Shown: piece by piece, positions 46,955 through 55,334 of the stretch
Layout of the letters: each line of letters begins with the position of its first letter
Numbering within the stretch: the stretch's first letter is position 1
Assembly (NCBI GenBank): GCA_046484945.1
Contig: JAWOHY010000026.1
Location: forward strand, 2,073 to 66,072
DNA: 64,000 nucleotides
DNA from: Bacteroidales bacterium
Lineage (GTDB): Bacteria > Bacteroidota > Bacteroidia > Bacteroidales > JAGOPY01
Direction: 5' to 3'
Program-made: the position numbers and the translations under genes
The notes under the pieces: generated by a model
Database searches by the model: none
Seen by the model: the letters and a program-made list of their open reading frames with translations, nothing else
What the model was told of the DNA's origin: nothing

Positions 46955-48058
46955 AAATTAGGATGGTTTGGTCGGTTCATGCTGGGATTGAATTTCTTTT
47001 TCATTCTCCTGTTATTATTATCGCATCTGTCGGTTCATGTCAGCCCTGCCAAGATCTGGCTGCTTCCGTTCTTCGGGCTGCTATATCCTTATCTGGTCCT
47101 GGTGAACATCTTTTTTATCGCCTGGTGGCTTTTAAAAACGAGATGGCTGTTTATTCTCTCATTGATTGTCCTGCTTATCGGATGGGACCATTTCGGCCGT
47201 ACTTTTCGGTTGACTGCCCCTCAGGTGCCTGCTGAAGAAATTCAATCACACCAGCTTTTAAGCTTCAACGTTAAAAACTTATCCAATGAAAACGTTGTCC
47301 TTTTGAATAAAGATATCCGGAACCAGGTTATTGATTATCTGCGCGATGCAGATCCTGACCTGATGTGCCTGCAGGAATTCCTGGTCATGCATCCCGATCC
47401 GCATTCTTTTGTTGATTCCTGTTCCAGGCTATTCAGGATGCCTTATCATGCCTATGCCCGATACAATGAACAGTCCAAAAGGCAGGTGGATGCCATCATC
47501 ATTTTTTCCCGTTTGCCCATCATCAATTCTGATCGCATCCCCTTTGATGAATCGCACAACCTGGGTGTTTTTGCCGACCTGCTGATGTTTAATGACACCG
47601 TCAGGCTTATGAATGTGCACCTGGAATCTGTCAGGCTCAAACATGAGGACTACCGTTTCATTTCCGGGTTTGATTTTCAGTTTGAGGAGAGGGAGGGCCT
47701 GAGGGACGGCGTCCGTCAGATCTTCAGGAAGTTAAGGCTGGCCTATACCAAAAGGGCCTTTCAGGTGGAACGGCTTTCGGAGATGATCCGGAAATCGCCT
47801 TACCCGGTGATCCTTTGCGGCGATTTCAACGACACCCCCACCTCATATGCCTATCAGCGAATGACCCGTGAACTGGTCGATGGGTTCCGTGAAAGCGGAC
47901 GCGGATTTGGAAATACCTATGCCGGAATACTGCCTTCTTTCAGGATCGATTATATTTTGTATGATAAGATGTTCACATCTTACACATTCCGCCGTGACCT
48001 GATCCAATTATCGGACCACTATCCCATTTCATGCCTGATAAGTAAAAGAATTCTTTAA
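46937..48058 (+). CDS. Endonuclease/exonuclease/phosphatase (EEP) family protein with N-terminal membrane anchor
   Basis: 373 aa. Has 3 TM helices followed by the EEP motifs (SFNVKN, CLQE, GDFN, SDHYP). The start is ambiguous: ATG 46937 or in-frame ATG 46952, both inside a short repeat. Confidence 0.8.
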   Translation: MFNASMKLGWFGRFMLGLNFFFILLLLLSHLSVHVSPAKIWLLPFFGLLYPYLVLVNIFFIAWWLLKTRWLFILSLIVLLIGWDHFGRTFRLTAPQVPAEEIQSHQLLSFNVKNLSNENVVLLNKDIRNQVIDYLRDADPDLMCLQEFLVMHPDPHSFVDSCSRLFRMPYHAYARYNEQSKRQVDAIIIFSRLPIINSDRIPFDESHNLGVFADLLMFNDTVRLMNVHLESVRLKHEDYRFISGFDFQFEEREGLRDGVRQIFRKLRLAYTKRAFQVERLSEMIRKSPYPVILCGDFNDTPTSYAYQRMTRELVDGFRESGRGFGNTYAGILPSFRIDYILYDKMFTSYTFRRDLIQLSDHYPISCLISKRIL

Positions 48059-50100
48059 TGGACTTCAAGCTGATATCTGATTTTTCACCTACCGGCGACC
48101 AGCCGGATGCCATCCGGCAGTTGGTGGAAGGTTTGAACCGTGGGGACGAGGCGCAGGTCCTGCTGGGTGTAACAGGTTCCGGAAAAACCTTCACTGTCGC
48201 CAATGTTATCACACAGGTGAACCGGCCCACCCTGGTGCTGAGCCATAACAAAACGCTGGCGGCACAGCTCTATGGTGAGTTTAAACAGTTTTTCCCCGAT
48301 AATGCCGTTGAATATTTCGTATCGTATTATGACTATTACCAGCCTGAGGCTTATTTGCCGGTAACAAACACTTATATTGAAAAGGATCTTTCGATCAATG
48401 ATGAGATCGAAAAGCTCCGGCTGAGCACTTCATCATCCTTATTATCAGGCAGAAGGGATGTGATCGTGGTATCATCTGTTTCCTGTATTTTCGGCATTGG
48501 CAACCCTGATGACTTTACCAGCAATGTTGTCAGGGTGAAGGTTGGCGACCGGCTGAGCCGCAACCGGCTGCTCTATTCGCTGGTGGATGCCCTGTATTCC
48601 AGGACGGAGACCGATTTTGGCAGGGGCCGGTTCCGTGTCAGGGGCGACAGTGTTGATATTTTCCCGGCCTACACCGACTTTGCATACCGTATCATCTTTT
48701 TTGGCGATGAGATCGAAAGCATCGAGTCGTTCAACCCGCTCAACGGCTTTCGCCTGGATCAGCACAGCGGGGTCACCATATTCCCGGCCAATATTTTTGT
48801 CACCTCACAGGATAAAATGAAAGAGGCATTACGGGAGATTGAGGAAGATGCCTGGAAACAGGCGGCATACTTCAGGGAAACAGGCAAGGTGTTGGAAGCC
48901 AAGCGGCTGGAGGAACGGGTGGCCTATGATGTGGAGATGATGCGGGAGCTGGGCTACTGCTCCGGCATCGAGAACTACTCGCGGTATTTTGATGGCCGGG
49001 CGCCAGGTACGCGGCCGTTCTGCCTGATGGACTATTTCCCGGATGACTACCTGCTGGTGATCGACGAGAGCCATGTGACCATCCCGCAGATCAGGGCGAT
49101 GTACGGCGGCGACCGTTCCCGCAAACAAACCCTGGTAGAATATGGATTCAGGCTGCCTTCGGCACTGGATAACAGGCCGTTGAAATTCGACGAGTTTGAA
49201 TCGATCGTCAGCCAGGTGATCTTTGTCAGCGCCACCCCTGCCGACTACGAGCTGCAGAAAACGGGCGGGGTGGTGGTTGACCAGCTGATCCGACCCACCG
49301 GCCTGCTGGATCCCGTCATCGAGATCAGGCCCAGCCAGACCCAGATCGATGACCTGCTGGATGAAATCGACCGGACGGTGAAAAAAGGGAGCCGGGTGCT
49401 GGTAACCACGCTCACGAAAAGGATGGCAGAGGAACTGACCAAATACCTCGGCCGGTTGAATGTAAAGAGCCGTTACATTCATGCAGAGGTTGAAACGCTG
49501 CAAAGGGTGGAGATCATGCGCGACCTGCGGCTGGGGGAATTCGATGTGCTGGTTGGGGTGAACCTGCTCCGGGAGGGGCTTGACCTGCCCGAAGTGTCGC
49601 TGGTGGCCATCCTGGATGCCGACAAAGAAGGCTTTTTACGATCGGAACGGTCGCTGACCCAAACCGCAGGCAGGGCCGCCAGGAACATCGACAGCCGGGT
49701 GATCATGTACGCCGATAAGATCACCGATTCGATGCGGAAGACCATCGATGAAACCAACCGGAGACGGGAAAAACAACTGGCTCATAACATAGCCCATAAC
49801 ATCACTCCCACTCCAATTATCAAAACGGTCGAAAATATCCTGGGGCAAACCGCCGTGGCCGATTCCAGGAAGAAAGAACCTCAGCCATACATTGAAAAGC
49901 AAAAAACCGACATCGCTGCCGATCCTGTTTTAGGGTACATGACAGATGAACAACTCACCAAATCCATAGCGGACCTGCGAAAGGAAATTGAGAAAACGGT
50001 GAAAGAACTCGACTTTGTCAATGCAGCCAAACTGAGAGACGAAATGTATGCCCTGGAAGATTATCTGAAAGAGAGAAACGCTGATAAAAGAGAAAAGTGA
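48058..50100 (+). CDS. uvrB: Excinuclease ABC subunit B
   Basis: 680 aa. Contains GDQP, Walker A GVTGSGKT, helicase motifs, and the C-terminal UVR domain (AAKLRDEM). Its ATG overlaps the upstream TAA by 1 nt. Confidence 0.97.
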   Translation: MDFKLISDFSPTGDQPDAIRQLVEGLNRGDEAQVLLGVTGSGKTFTVANVITQVNRPTLVLSHNKTLAAQLYGEFKQFFPDNAVEYFVSYYDYYQPEAYLPVTNTYIEKDLSINDEIEKLRLSTSSSLLSGRRDVIVVSSVSCIFGIGNPDDFTSNVVRVKVGDRLSRNRLLYSLVDALYSRTETDFGRGRFRVRGDSVDIFPAYTDFAYRIIFFGDEIESIESFNPLNGFRLDQHSGVTIFPANIFVTSQDKMKEALREIEEDAWKQAAYFRETGKVLEAKRLEERVAYDVEMMRELGYCSGIENYSRYFDGRAPGTRPFCLMDYFPDDYLLVIDESHVTIPQIRAMYGGDRSRKQTLVEYGFRLPSALDNRPLKFDEFESIVSQVIFVSATPADYELQKTGGVVVDQLIRPTGLLDPVIEIRPSQTQIDDLLDEIDRTVKKGSRVLVTTLTKRMAEELTKYLGRLNVKSRYIHAEVETLQRVEIMRDLRLGEFDVLVGVNLLREGLDLPEVSLVAILDADKEGFLRSERSLTQTAGRAARNIDSRVIMYADKITDSMRKTIDETNRRREKQLAHNIAHNITPTPIIKTVENILGQTAVADSRKKEPQPYIEKQKTDIAADPVLGYMTDEQLTKSIADLRKEIEKTVKELDFVNAAKLRDEMYALEDYLKERNADKREK

Positions 50101-50113
50101 AAAGAGAAAAGTG
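50086..50113. repeat. Direct 14-bp duplication AAAAGAGAAAAGTG x2 bridging the uvrB stop and the cysQ start region
   Basis: Copy 1 is 50086-50099 and copy 2 is 50100-50113. The uvrB TGA (50098-50100) spans the junction. GTG 50111 lies in copy 2. Confidence 0.9.
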
Positions 50114-50119
50114 AATGTT

Positions 50120-50920
50120 ATGCGTGAAAATGAACTATTGGCAACAGCAATCCTTGCTGCGGTTAAGGCTGGGGAAGAGATCATCCGGGTTTACCAGCTT
50201 GATTTCAGCGTAGAATACAAAACCGATAACAGTCCCCTGACCATGGCCGACAAAGCGGCACACGAAGCTATCACGGAGATATTGTCAATGACCGGGATTC
50301 CGGTACTGAGCGAAGAGGGCAAGAAAATGCAACATGCAGAACGGAAAGGGTGGAAACGCTTCTGGCTTGTCGACCCGCTGGATGGCACCAAAGAGTTTAT
50401 CAAAAGAAACGGCGACTTTACGGTCAATATCGCCTTAATGGATGAAAACAAGCCCGTTATGGGGATTATTTATGTCCCTGTCAGTGGTATGTTATACTTT
50501 GCATCAAAGAGTGCAGGAGCTTACCGCATCCTCTTATCAGACAATAACACCTTTGATGTTGAGTTTATTATAAAAAGTGCCACGGGGCTACCTGTACCGC
50601 AGCCAAAAAGGAATTACACTGTTGTGGCCAGCCGGTCACACCTGTCAGATGAAACGATTCACTTCATCGATGAACTGAAAAAAGAGACCCCTGAAATCGA
50701 TTTCGTTTCTGTGGGGAGTTCCTTAAAGCTATGCCTGATCGCCGAAGGGAAAGCAGATCTTTATCCCCGCTTTGGCCCGACAATGGAATGGGATACTGCC
50801 GCCGGGCATGCCCTGGTCGAGATTTCGGGCGGATATCTCAAAAGGGCCGATAATGGCAATCCATTGGATTACAATAAGGAAAACCTGTTGAACCCCTGGT
50901 TCATTGCCGGCAGGAATTAG
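50120..50920 (+). CDS. cysQ: 3'(2'),5'-bisphosphate nucleotidase CysQ (inositol monophosphatase family)
   Basis: ORF from GTG 50111; the first ATG is at 50120. Contains EE...WLVDPLDGTKEF and WDTAAGHAL. Confidence 0.88.
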   Translation: MRENELLATAILAAVKAGEEIIRVYQLDFSVEYKTDNSPLTMADKAAHEAITEILSMTGIPVLSEEGKKMQHAERKGWKRFWLVDPLDGTKEFIKRNGDFTVNIALMDENKPVMGIIYVPVSGMLYFASKSAGAYRILLSDNNTFDVEFIIKSATGLPVPQPKRNYTVVASRSHLSDETIHFIDELKKETPEIDFVSVGSSLKLCLIAEGKADLYPRFGPTMEWDTAAGHALVEISGGYLKRADNGNPLDYNKENLLNPWFIAGRN

Positions 50921-50935
50921 CCGGGCAACTGGAAA

Positions 50936-52282
50936 TTATTCCACTTCTAACAGCTCCACATCAAATATCAATGTGGCGTAAGGCGGGATGACATTTCCGG
51001 CTCCCCTGTCCTTGTATGCCATACTGGAAGGGATGATCAAGGTAGCTTTCCCCCCTTCTTTCATCAGGGCAATGCCCTTATCCCATCCTTCAATCACAGC
51101 GCCCCGGCCGATAACAAACGTAATGGGCTCTCCCCTGTCGAAAGATGAATCGAACACATTCCCGTCGATCAATTTGCCGGTATAATGCACTTTCACATTC
51201 TGACCTTCCGCCGGCTGGGCTCCCGTACCCGCCTCTTTCTCGATGTACACCAGTCCGCCGGGCAATACAGTAGTTGGCGTTATATCATTGTCTTTCAAGA
51301 ATTTCTGTAACAAAACTTCTTCTTCCTGTTCCTTTTTGGCCATATCAGCCTGTTTTTTCGCTTCGCTTTCGGCCTGCTTCTTTTCCCATTCATCCGGTGT
51401 GATCACATCCACCAGTTCGATTTCATAATACAATGAGGTGAATGGAGGAACAATCCCGTTACCGGCACCCTGGGCACCAAAAGCCATGGATGAGGGCACA
51501 ATGACATTGGCTTTCCCCCCTTCTCTCATAAGCCCCACTGCCTCCTGGAATCCCGGGTTTTCAAACTGGTTACCAAACTTGAATTCAATGGGTTCGCCGC
51601 GGTCCAACGTGGAAAAAAGCATATCCCTTCCCAGGATATAAACGGAAAAATGAGCTGAAACATAATGGTCCGGCTGAGGTGGTAGCCCTTTGCCCCTTTT
51701 GGTTTCAATGTAAATAACACCCGATTCGGTAGGCTGTGCGGTGATATTATTCACGTCAATGTATTTTTCAAGTACCCGCATCTCCTCTTCCTCCAGTTCC
51801 TTATTCCTGGCAAGGGTTTCAAGTTGCACTTCTTCTTCAGTCTGGATCTTCACCACAACAATGTCAAAAAACAGATCCGTATCATCGGTCATGAAGTCTG
51901 GCAGAGAAGGCTGCTGGAAAGTGGTTTTAAAGAAGGGGCCTGCTTTCAGGATAAAGGTCCCGCTGTCACCCAGGGCAAAAAGCTGCAAAGCCTCATAAAA
52001 ATCGCCTTCATAGGTAGGTTCGATAACGGGCAAAACAACAGGTTCAGGCATATTACGCCCATCATACAAGATGGAATCCTTCAGGCCATATTGCAGGTCC
52101 AGCGTAACAATGCTGCCGATATGCACATGGGTGGTATCCTGGTTCTCCGGCGTGTAGATCTGATAGTAGATCCCTGTTTCTGTCTTTTTAAACCCGGGAT
52201 GGTCACTCGTGCTGCAGGAAAGGACCAGGGCGGCCCCGATAGCCAGAATAAAGGCGGGGATAAATAAATTTCTGAGGTTCAT
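50936..52282 (-). CDS. FKBP-type peptidyl-prolyl cis-trans isomerase, two FKBP domains, lipoprotein
   Basis: 448 aa. Has a lipobox LSC and two FKBP_C modules (VHYTGKLIDGNVFDSS...; IPPYATLIFDVELLEV). Confidence 0.88.
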   Translation of the reverse strand: MNLRNLFIPAFILAIGAALVLSCSTSDHPGFKKTETGIYYQIYTPENQDTTHVHIGSIVTLDLQYGLKDSILYDGRNMPEPVVLPVIEPTYEGDFYEALQLFALGDSGTFILKAGPFFKTTFQQPSLPDFMTDDTDLFFDIVVVKIQTEEEVQLETLARNKELEEEEMRVLEKYIDVNNITAQPTESGVIYIETKRGKGLPPQPDHYVSAHFSVYILGRDMLFSTLDRGEPIEFKFGNQFENPGFQEAVGLMREGGKANVIVPSSMAFGAQGAGNGIVPPFTSLYYEIELVDVITPDEWEKKQAESEAKKQADMAKKEQEEEVLLQKFLKDNDITPTTVLPGGLVYIEKEAGTGAQPAEGQNVKVHYTGKLIDGNVFDSSFDRGEPITFVIGRGAVIEGWDKGIALMKEGGKATLIIPSSMAYKDRGAGNVIPPYATLIFDVELLEVE

Positions 52283-52304
52283 ACAAGTTATAAATTAATG
52301 ATTT

Positions 52305-52841
52305 TTAATACATTCTGATGAATTCCACATCATAAACCAGGGAGGCTTTATGTTGAATTTTGTTCTGGTCCCCGATGAGACCAAAAGCAAGGTGCGAAGG
52401 TATAATAATTTTCGCCCGGTCGCCAACCCGGAGCAATAAAATTGCCTCCTCCAGTCCCGAGATCACCTGTCCCTTACCCACCTGGAAGATCAAAGGGCCA
52501 TCCCTGTCAGAGGTATATACCGTATCACCACTTAACAATGTAAGGGCATATTCCAGTTCAACCTTTCTTCCGGGTTCTGCCATGGCGCCGGTCCCGTTCC
52601 TTGTGATCATATAACGGATACCGGTTTCGGTAGATTTTGTTTTCCACCGGTGCCGCCTGATAAAATCATCGATTTGCTCCGCCTCCACCCGGACTGCCTC
52701 CTGGTTGGCTTTGATCAGCGGGTCCTTGTATACCGATGGATCGTGCGCCTGCTTCTCCGAACCGGGCTGATGGCATTGATTCAAAGAAAAAAACAATGTG
52801 ACTGCCGCAATATAACTGACAAGTTTTGAAGATGATAACAT
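52305..52841 (-). CDS. FKBP-type peptidyl-prolyl isomerase
   Basis: ORF 52305..52955. The internal ATG at 52841 gives the signal/lipobox MLSSSKLVSYIAAVTLFFSLNQC and avoids overlap with nrnA. The C-terminus is an FKBP_C domain. Confidence 0.8.
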   Translation of the reverse strand: MLSSSKLVSYIAAVTLFFSLNQCHQPGSEKQAHDPSVYKDPLIKANQEAVRVEAEQIDDFIRRHRWKTKSTETGIRYMITRNGTGAMAEPGRKVELEYALTLLSGDTVYTSDRDGPLIFQVGKGQVISGLEEAILLLRVGDRAKIIIPSHLAFGLIGDQNKIQHKASLVYDVEFIRMY

Positions 52842-52851
52842 ATTCTGTGGT

Positions 52852-53877
52852 TCAGCTAAAAGAACGGATAATCTCTTCCCGGTATTGCAAAAGGATGCTT
52901 TTAAGTTTATCGGTGGTTTCTTCCATAGAGAGGAAAGAATCGCCGCCGGCGGCATTTTTATGTCCGCCGCCGTTGAAATGCTCCCTTGCCAGCCGGTTCA
53001 CCGAAAAATCCCCTTTGCTCCTGAAAGAGAGCCTGATCCGGTCCTTTCGCTCTGTCATGATCACCGCAAGGTGGACCTGGGCCATGGAAAGGGCATAGTT
53101 CACGATCCCCTCGGTATCCCCGGGCTGGTAGTGAAACCTTTTCAGCTCCGCTTTCGTCAGGGTAATGTAGGCAGTCCGGAGATCAGGCAGAATGGTCAGC
53201 TTTTCTGCCAGGCAAAATCCCAGCAGGCGCAGCCGGTGCTCTGAATAGGTATCGTATACCAGCCGGTGAATGCGCTCTGGTTCAACGCCCCTTCTGATCA
53301 GGTCGGCGCTGACCTCAAAGGTTTCGGGATAATGGCAGGCATAACTGAAGGAGCCGGTGTCGGTCATGATGCCGGTGAACAGATTGATGGCGATGGAAGG
53401 GTTGATAAGATCCGACCATCCGCATCCCCTGATAAAGCGATACAACAGCTCTGAAGTGGAGGAAGTTTCAATGACGGAGTAGTACAGATCGAAGTCGTCG
53501 AGGAAAGGATCAGGATGGTGATCGATCAATATTTTCACGGCAGGAGATTCTTTCAGTGGTTCGTACATGGCGTCGGTACGGTGCAATGCATTGTAATCCA
53601 GGCAGAAGACCACGTCAGCCTCGCCGATAATCTTTTTACCCCTGTCGGGATCTGCCGAAAACACCAGCATGTTTTCCCCGGAGGGCATCCATTTCAGGAA
53701 ACCGGGGTAATCATTCGGGACGATGGGCACGGATGCCTTGCCCAGGCTGGTGAGCAGGCCATTCAATGCAAGGACAGAACCAATGGCATCACCGTCGGGA
53801 TTATGATGGCTCGTAACAGCGATCATCTGGCTGTGTCCAATCAGTTCACGGATCTGTTCAAATTCAAAATTTTTCAA
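52852..53877 (-). CDS. nrnA: Bifunctional oligoribonuclease / pAp phosphatase NrnA (DHH-DHHA1)
   Basis: 341 aa. Contains SHHNPDGDAIGS, DHH (IDHHP) and GGGHKNAAG. Confidence 0.9.
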   Translation of the reverse strand: MKNFEFEQIRELIGHSQMIAVTSHHNPDGDAIGSVLALNGLLTSLGKASVPIVPNDYPGFLKWMPSGENMLVFSADPDRGKKIIGEADVVFCLDYNALHRTDAMYEPLKESPAVKILIDHHPDPFLDDFDLYYSVIETSSTSELLYRFIRGCGWSDLINPSIAINLFTGIMTDTGSFSYACHYPETFEVSADLIRRGVEPERIHRLVYDTYSEHRLRLLGFCLAEKLTILPDLRTAYITLTKAELKRFHYQPGDTEGIVNYALSMAQVHLAVIMTERKDRIRLSFRSKGDFSVNRLAREHFNGGGHKNAAGGDSFLSMEETTDKLKSILLQYREEIIRSFS

Positions 53878-53960
53878 ATATTATGTTTTTCTGATAAAGC
53901 AAAGAAAGTAATTTTCCGGCGGAATTGAAAACATCCGGATGCTTCCGGCGAATTTAATTC

Positions 53961-53968
53961 TATTTTTG
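53961..53968 (+). promoter_or_regulatory. Bacteroidota -7 promoter box (ndk)
   Basis: TATTTTTG, 26 nt upstream of ATG 53995. Confidence 0.45.
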
Positions 53969-53994
53969 CAGCCAAAATCAATAAAACTTTTATT

Positions 53995-54414
53995 ATGGCA
54001 GGAAATATCACGCTCACCATGATCAAGCCCGAGGCGGTCAGAAACGGCAATACGGGGAAGATACTGGACAAGATCATAGAAGGCGGCTTCGGGATCATTG
54101 CAATGAAGTACCTCAAGCTATCGCGGGCACAGGCTGAACAATTCTATTTTGTACACCGGGAACGCCCGTTTTATAAAGACCTGGTGGAATTCATGTCGTC
54201 GGGTCCGATTGTAGCAGCTATTCTTCAGAAAGACAATGCAATAGAAGCCTATCGTTCATTCATCGGTTCAACCAATCCAAAAGAAGCCGCTCCCGGTACC
54301 ATCCGTGCGCTTTATGGTACGAATATCCAGGAAAATGCCGTGCATGGTTCTGATAGTGACGAGAATGCCATTATCGAAGCGGCATTCTTTTTCAGTGCAT
54401 TGGAGCGAATATAA
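53995..54414 (+). CDS. ndk: Nucleoside-diphosphate kinase
   Basis: 139 aa. Contains TLTMIKP, with NAVHGSDS holding the active-site histidine. Confidence 0.96.
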   Translation: MAGNITLTMIKPEAVRNGNTGKILDKIIEGGFGIIAMKYLKLSRAQAEQFYFVHRERPFYKDLVEFMSSGPIVAAILQKDNAIEAYRSFIGSTNPKEAAPGTIRALYGTNIQENAVHGSDSDENAIIEAAFFFSALERI

Positions 54415-54457
54415 GCATTACCGATTTCTTTTCTTTTCATTTAGTTTCGTTTATCGT

Positions 54458-54555
54458 CTCTGTGGTTCTCCGTGCCTTCTCTGTGGTTCTCCGTGTAATT
54501 TTTTATTTCACGGAGTAACACGGAGGAGACACTGAGGGGCACGGAGTTTTTTTTT
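54458..54555 (+). terminator. Long imperfect hairpin built from CTCYGTG words, followed by a T-run; probable ndk terminator and member of a palindromic element family
   Basis: The left arm ctctgtggttctccgtgccttctctgtggttctccgtg pairs imperfectly with cacggagtaacacggaggagacactgaggggcacggag. The loop-proximal stem CTCCGTG/CACGGAG is perfect. TTTTTTTTT follows at 54547-54555. Confidence 0.6.
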
Positions 54556-54721
54556 ATTATCAGCAATTCACAAATGTAAACTCATATTTGCATCAAAAAT
54601 ACTATTTTGCATTATCTGCAATCCCTGTTTTAAATTATTGTATACTATGTATATAATATTGATTATTTAATATTTAAATTTAAGTAAATTAGAATATATC
54701 GAGATTTATTCCTGAAATTAA

Positions 54722-54752
54722 TTCACAAATGTAAACTAATTACTTTTGTGAA
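54722..54752. promoter_or_regulatory. Palindromic operator-like site overlapping the -7 box of the HTH regulator gene
   Basis: TTCACAAATGTAA-actaa-TTACTTTTGTGAA (12 of 13 positions symmetric). The right half contains TACTTTTG (TAnnTTTG) at 54741-54748, 38 nt before ATG 54786. Confidence 0.5.
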
Positions 54753-54785
54753 CATTATGAAAATATTATTACATTTGTAACCATT

Positions 54786-55148
54786 ATGAAAGACCGGATC
54801 AGGAAAATACTGGAATTAAAAAACGAGAGTGCGTCTGATTTTGCAGAGAAGCTGGGTGTGCAGCGATCATCCGTTTCACATATCATGTCGGGAAGGAATA
54901 ACCCCGGTTTAGAATTTCTGCAGAAAATACTTACCTCCTACCCTGATATCAATCCCGACTGGCTGCTTTTAGGAAAAGGTGAAATATTCAGGAAACAAAC
55001 GGAAAGCGTTAAGCTCCCGGATCTTTCCTGTGTGCGCTCCGAAGATCCGGTGGATTATAAAACAAAAAAGCAACAGGTTCCGGAAAAAGTGATTGTTCTT
55101 TTTTCTGATGGCACTTTCCGCTATTATGGTTCGTCCGATCTTTTGTAG
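54786..55148 (+). CDS. XRE-family helix-turn-helix transcriptional regulator
   Basis: 120 aa. Contains the HTH segment SASDFAEKLGVQRSSVSHIMSGRNNP and the Bacteroidota-typical WLLLGKGE motif. Palindromic sites lie upstream. Confidence 0.8.
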   Translation: MKDRIRKILELKNESASDFAEKLGVQRSSVSHIMSGRNNPGLEFLQKILTSYPDINPDWLLLGKGEIFRKQTESVKLPDLSCVRSEDPVDYKTKKQQVPEKVIVLFSDGTFRYYGSSDLL

Positions 55149-55171
55149 TGAGGTTGAATCAAAAGTTCTTT

Positions 55172-55272
55172 AACCACAGAGATCGCAGAGAAGGCACAGA
55201 AAACACAGAGTGTTTAGTGATTGATAATCAATTCTCTGTGTTCTCCGCGCATACTCCGTTATCTCTGTGGTT
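55172..55272. repeat. 101-nt palindromic element of the CACAGAG-word family
   Basis: The outer 12-bp stem AACCACAGAGAT (55172-55183) / ATCTCTGTGGTT (55261-55272) is perfect. The inner stem is CACAGAG (55204-55210) / CTCTGTG (55234-55240). Confidence 0.8.
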
Positions 55273-55334
55273 AATAAAGAATTTGACTTTTGATGCAACC
55301 TCTTCGAATACTCTGGAAAGCCGGCAGATATGCT

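Noticed and set aside
54305-54535. 76-aa ORF (…LCGSPCLLCGSPC…), the 65-aa ORF 55148..55345, and the 93-aa ORF 58439..58720
   Set aside because: All are read through palindromic repeat elements (CTCYGTG words or the CCGACGACTAAAGCC element). They lack start context, and one overlaps the 5' end of the antiporter gene. They are repeat-derived artefacts.
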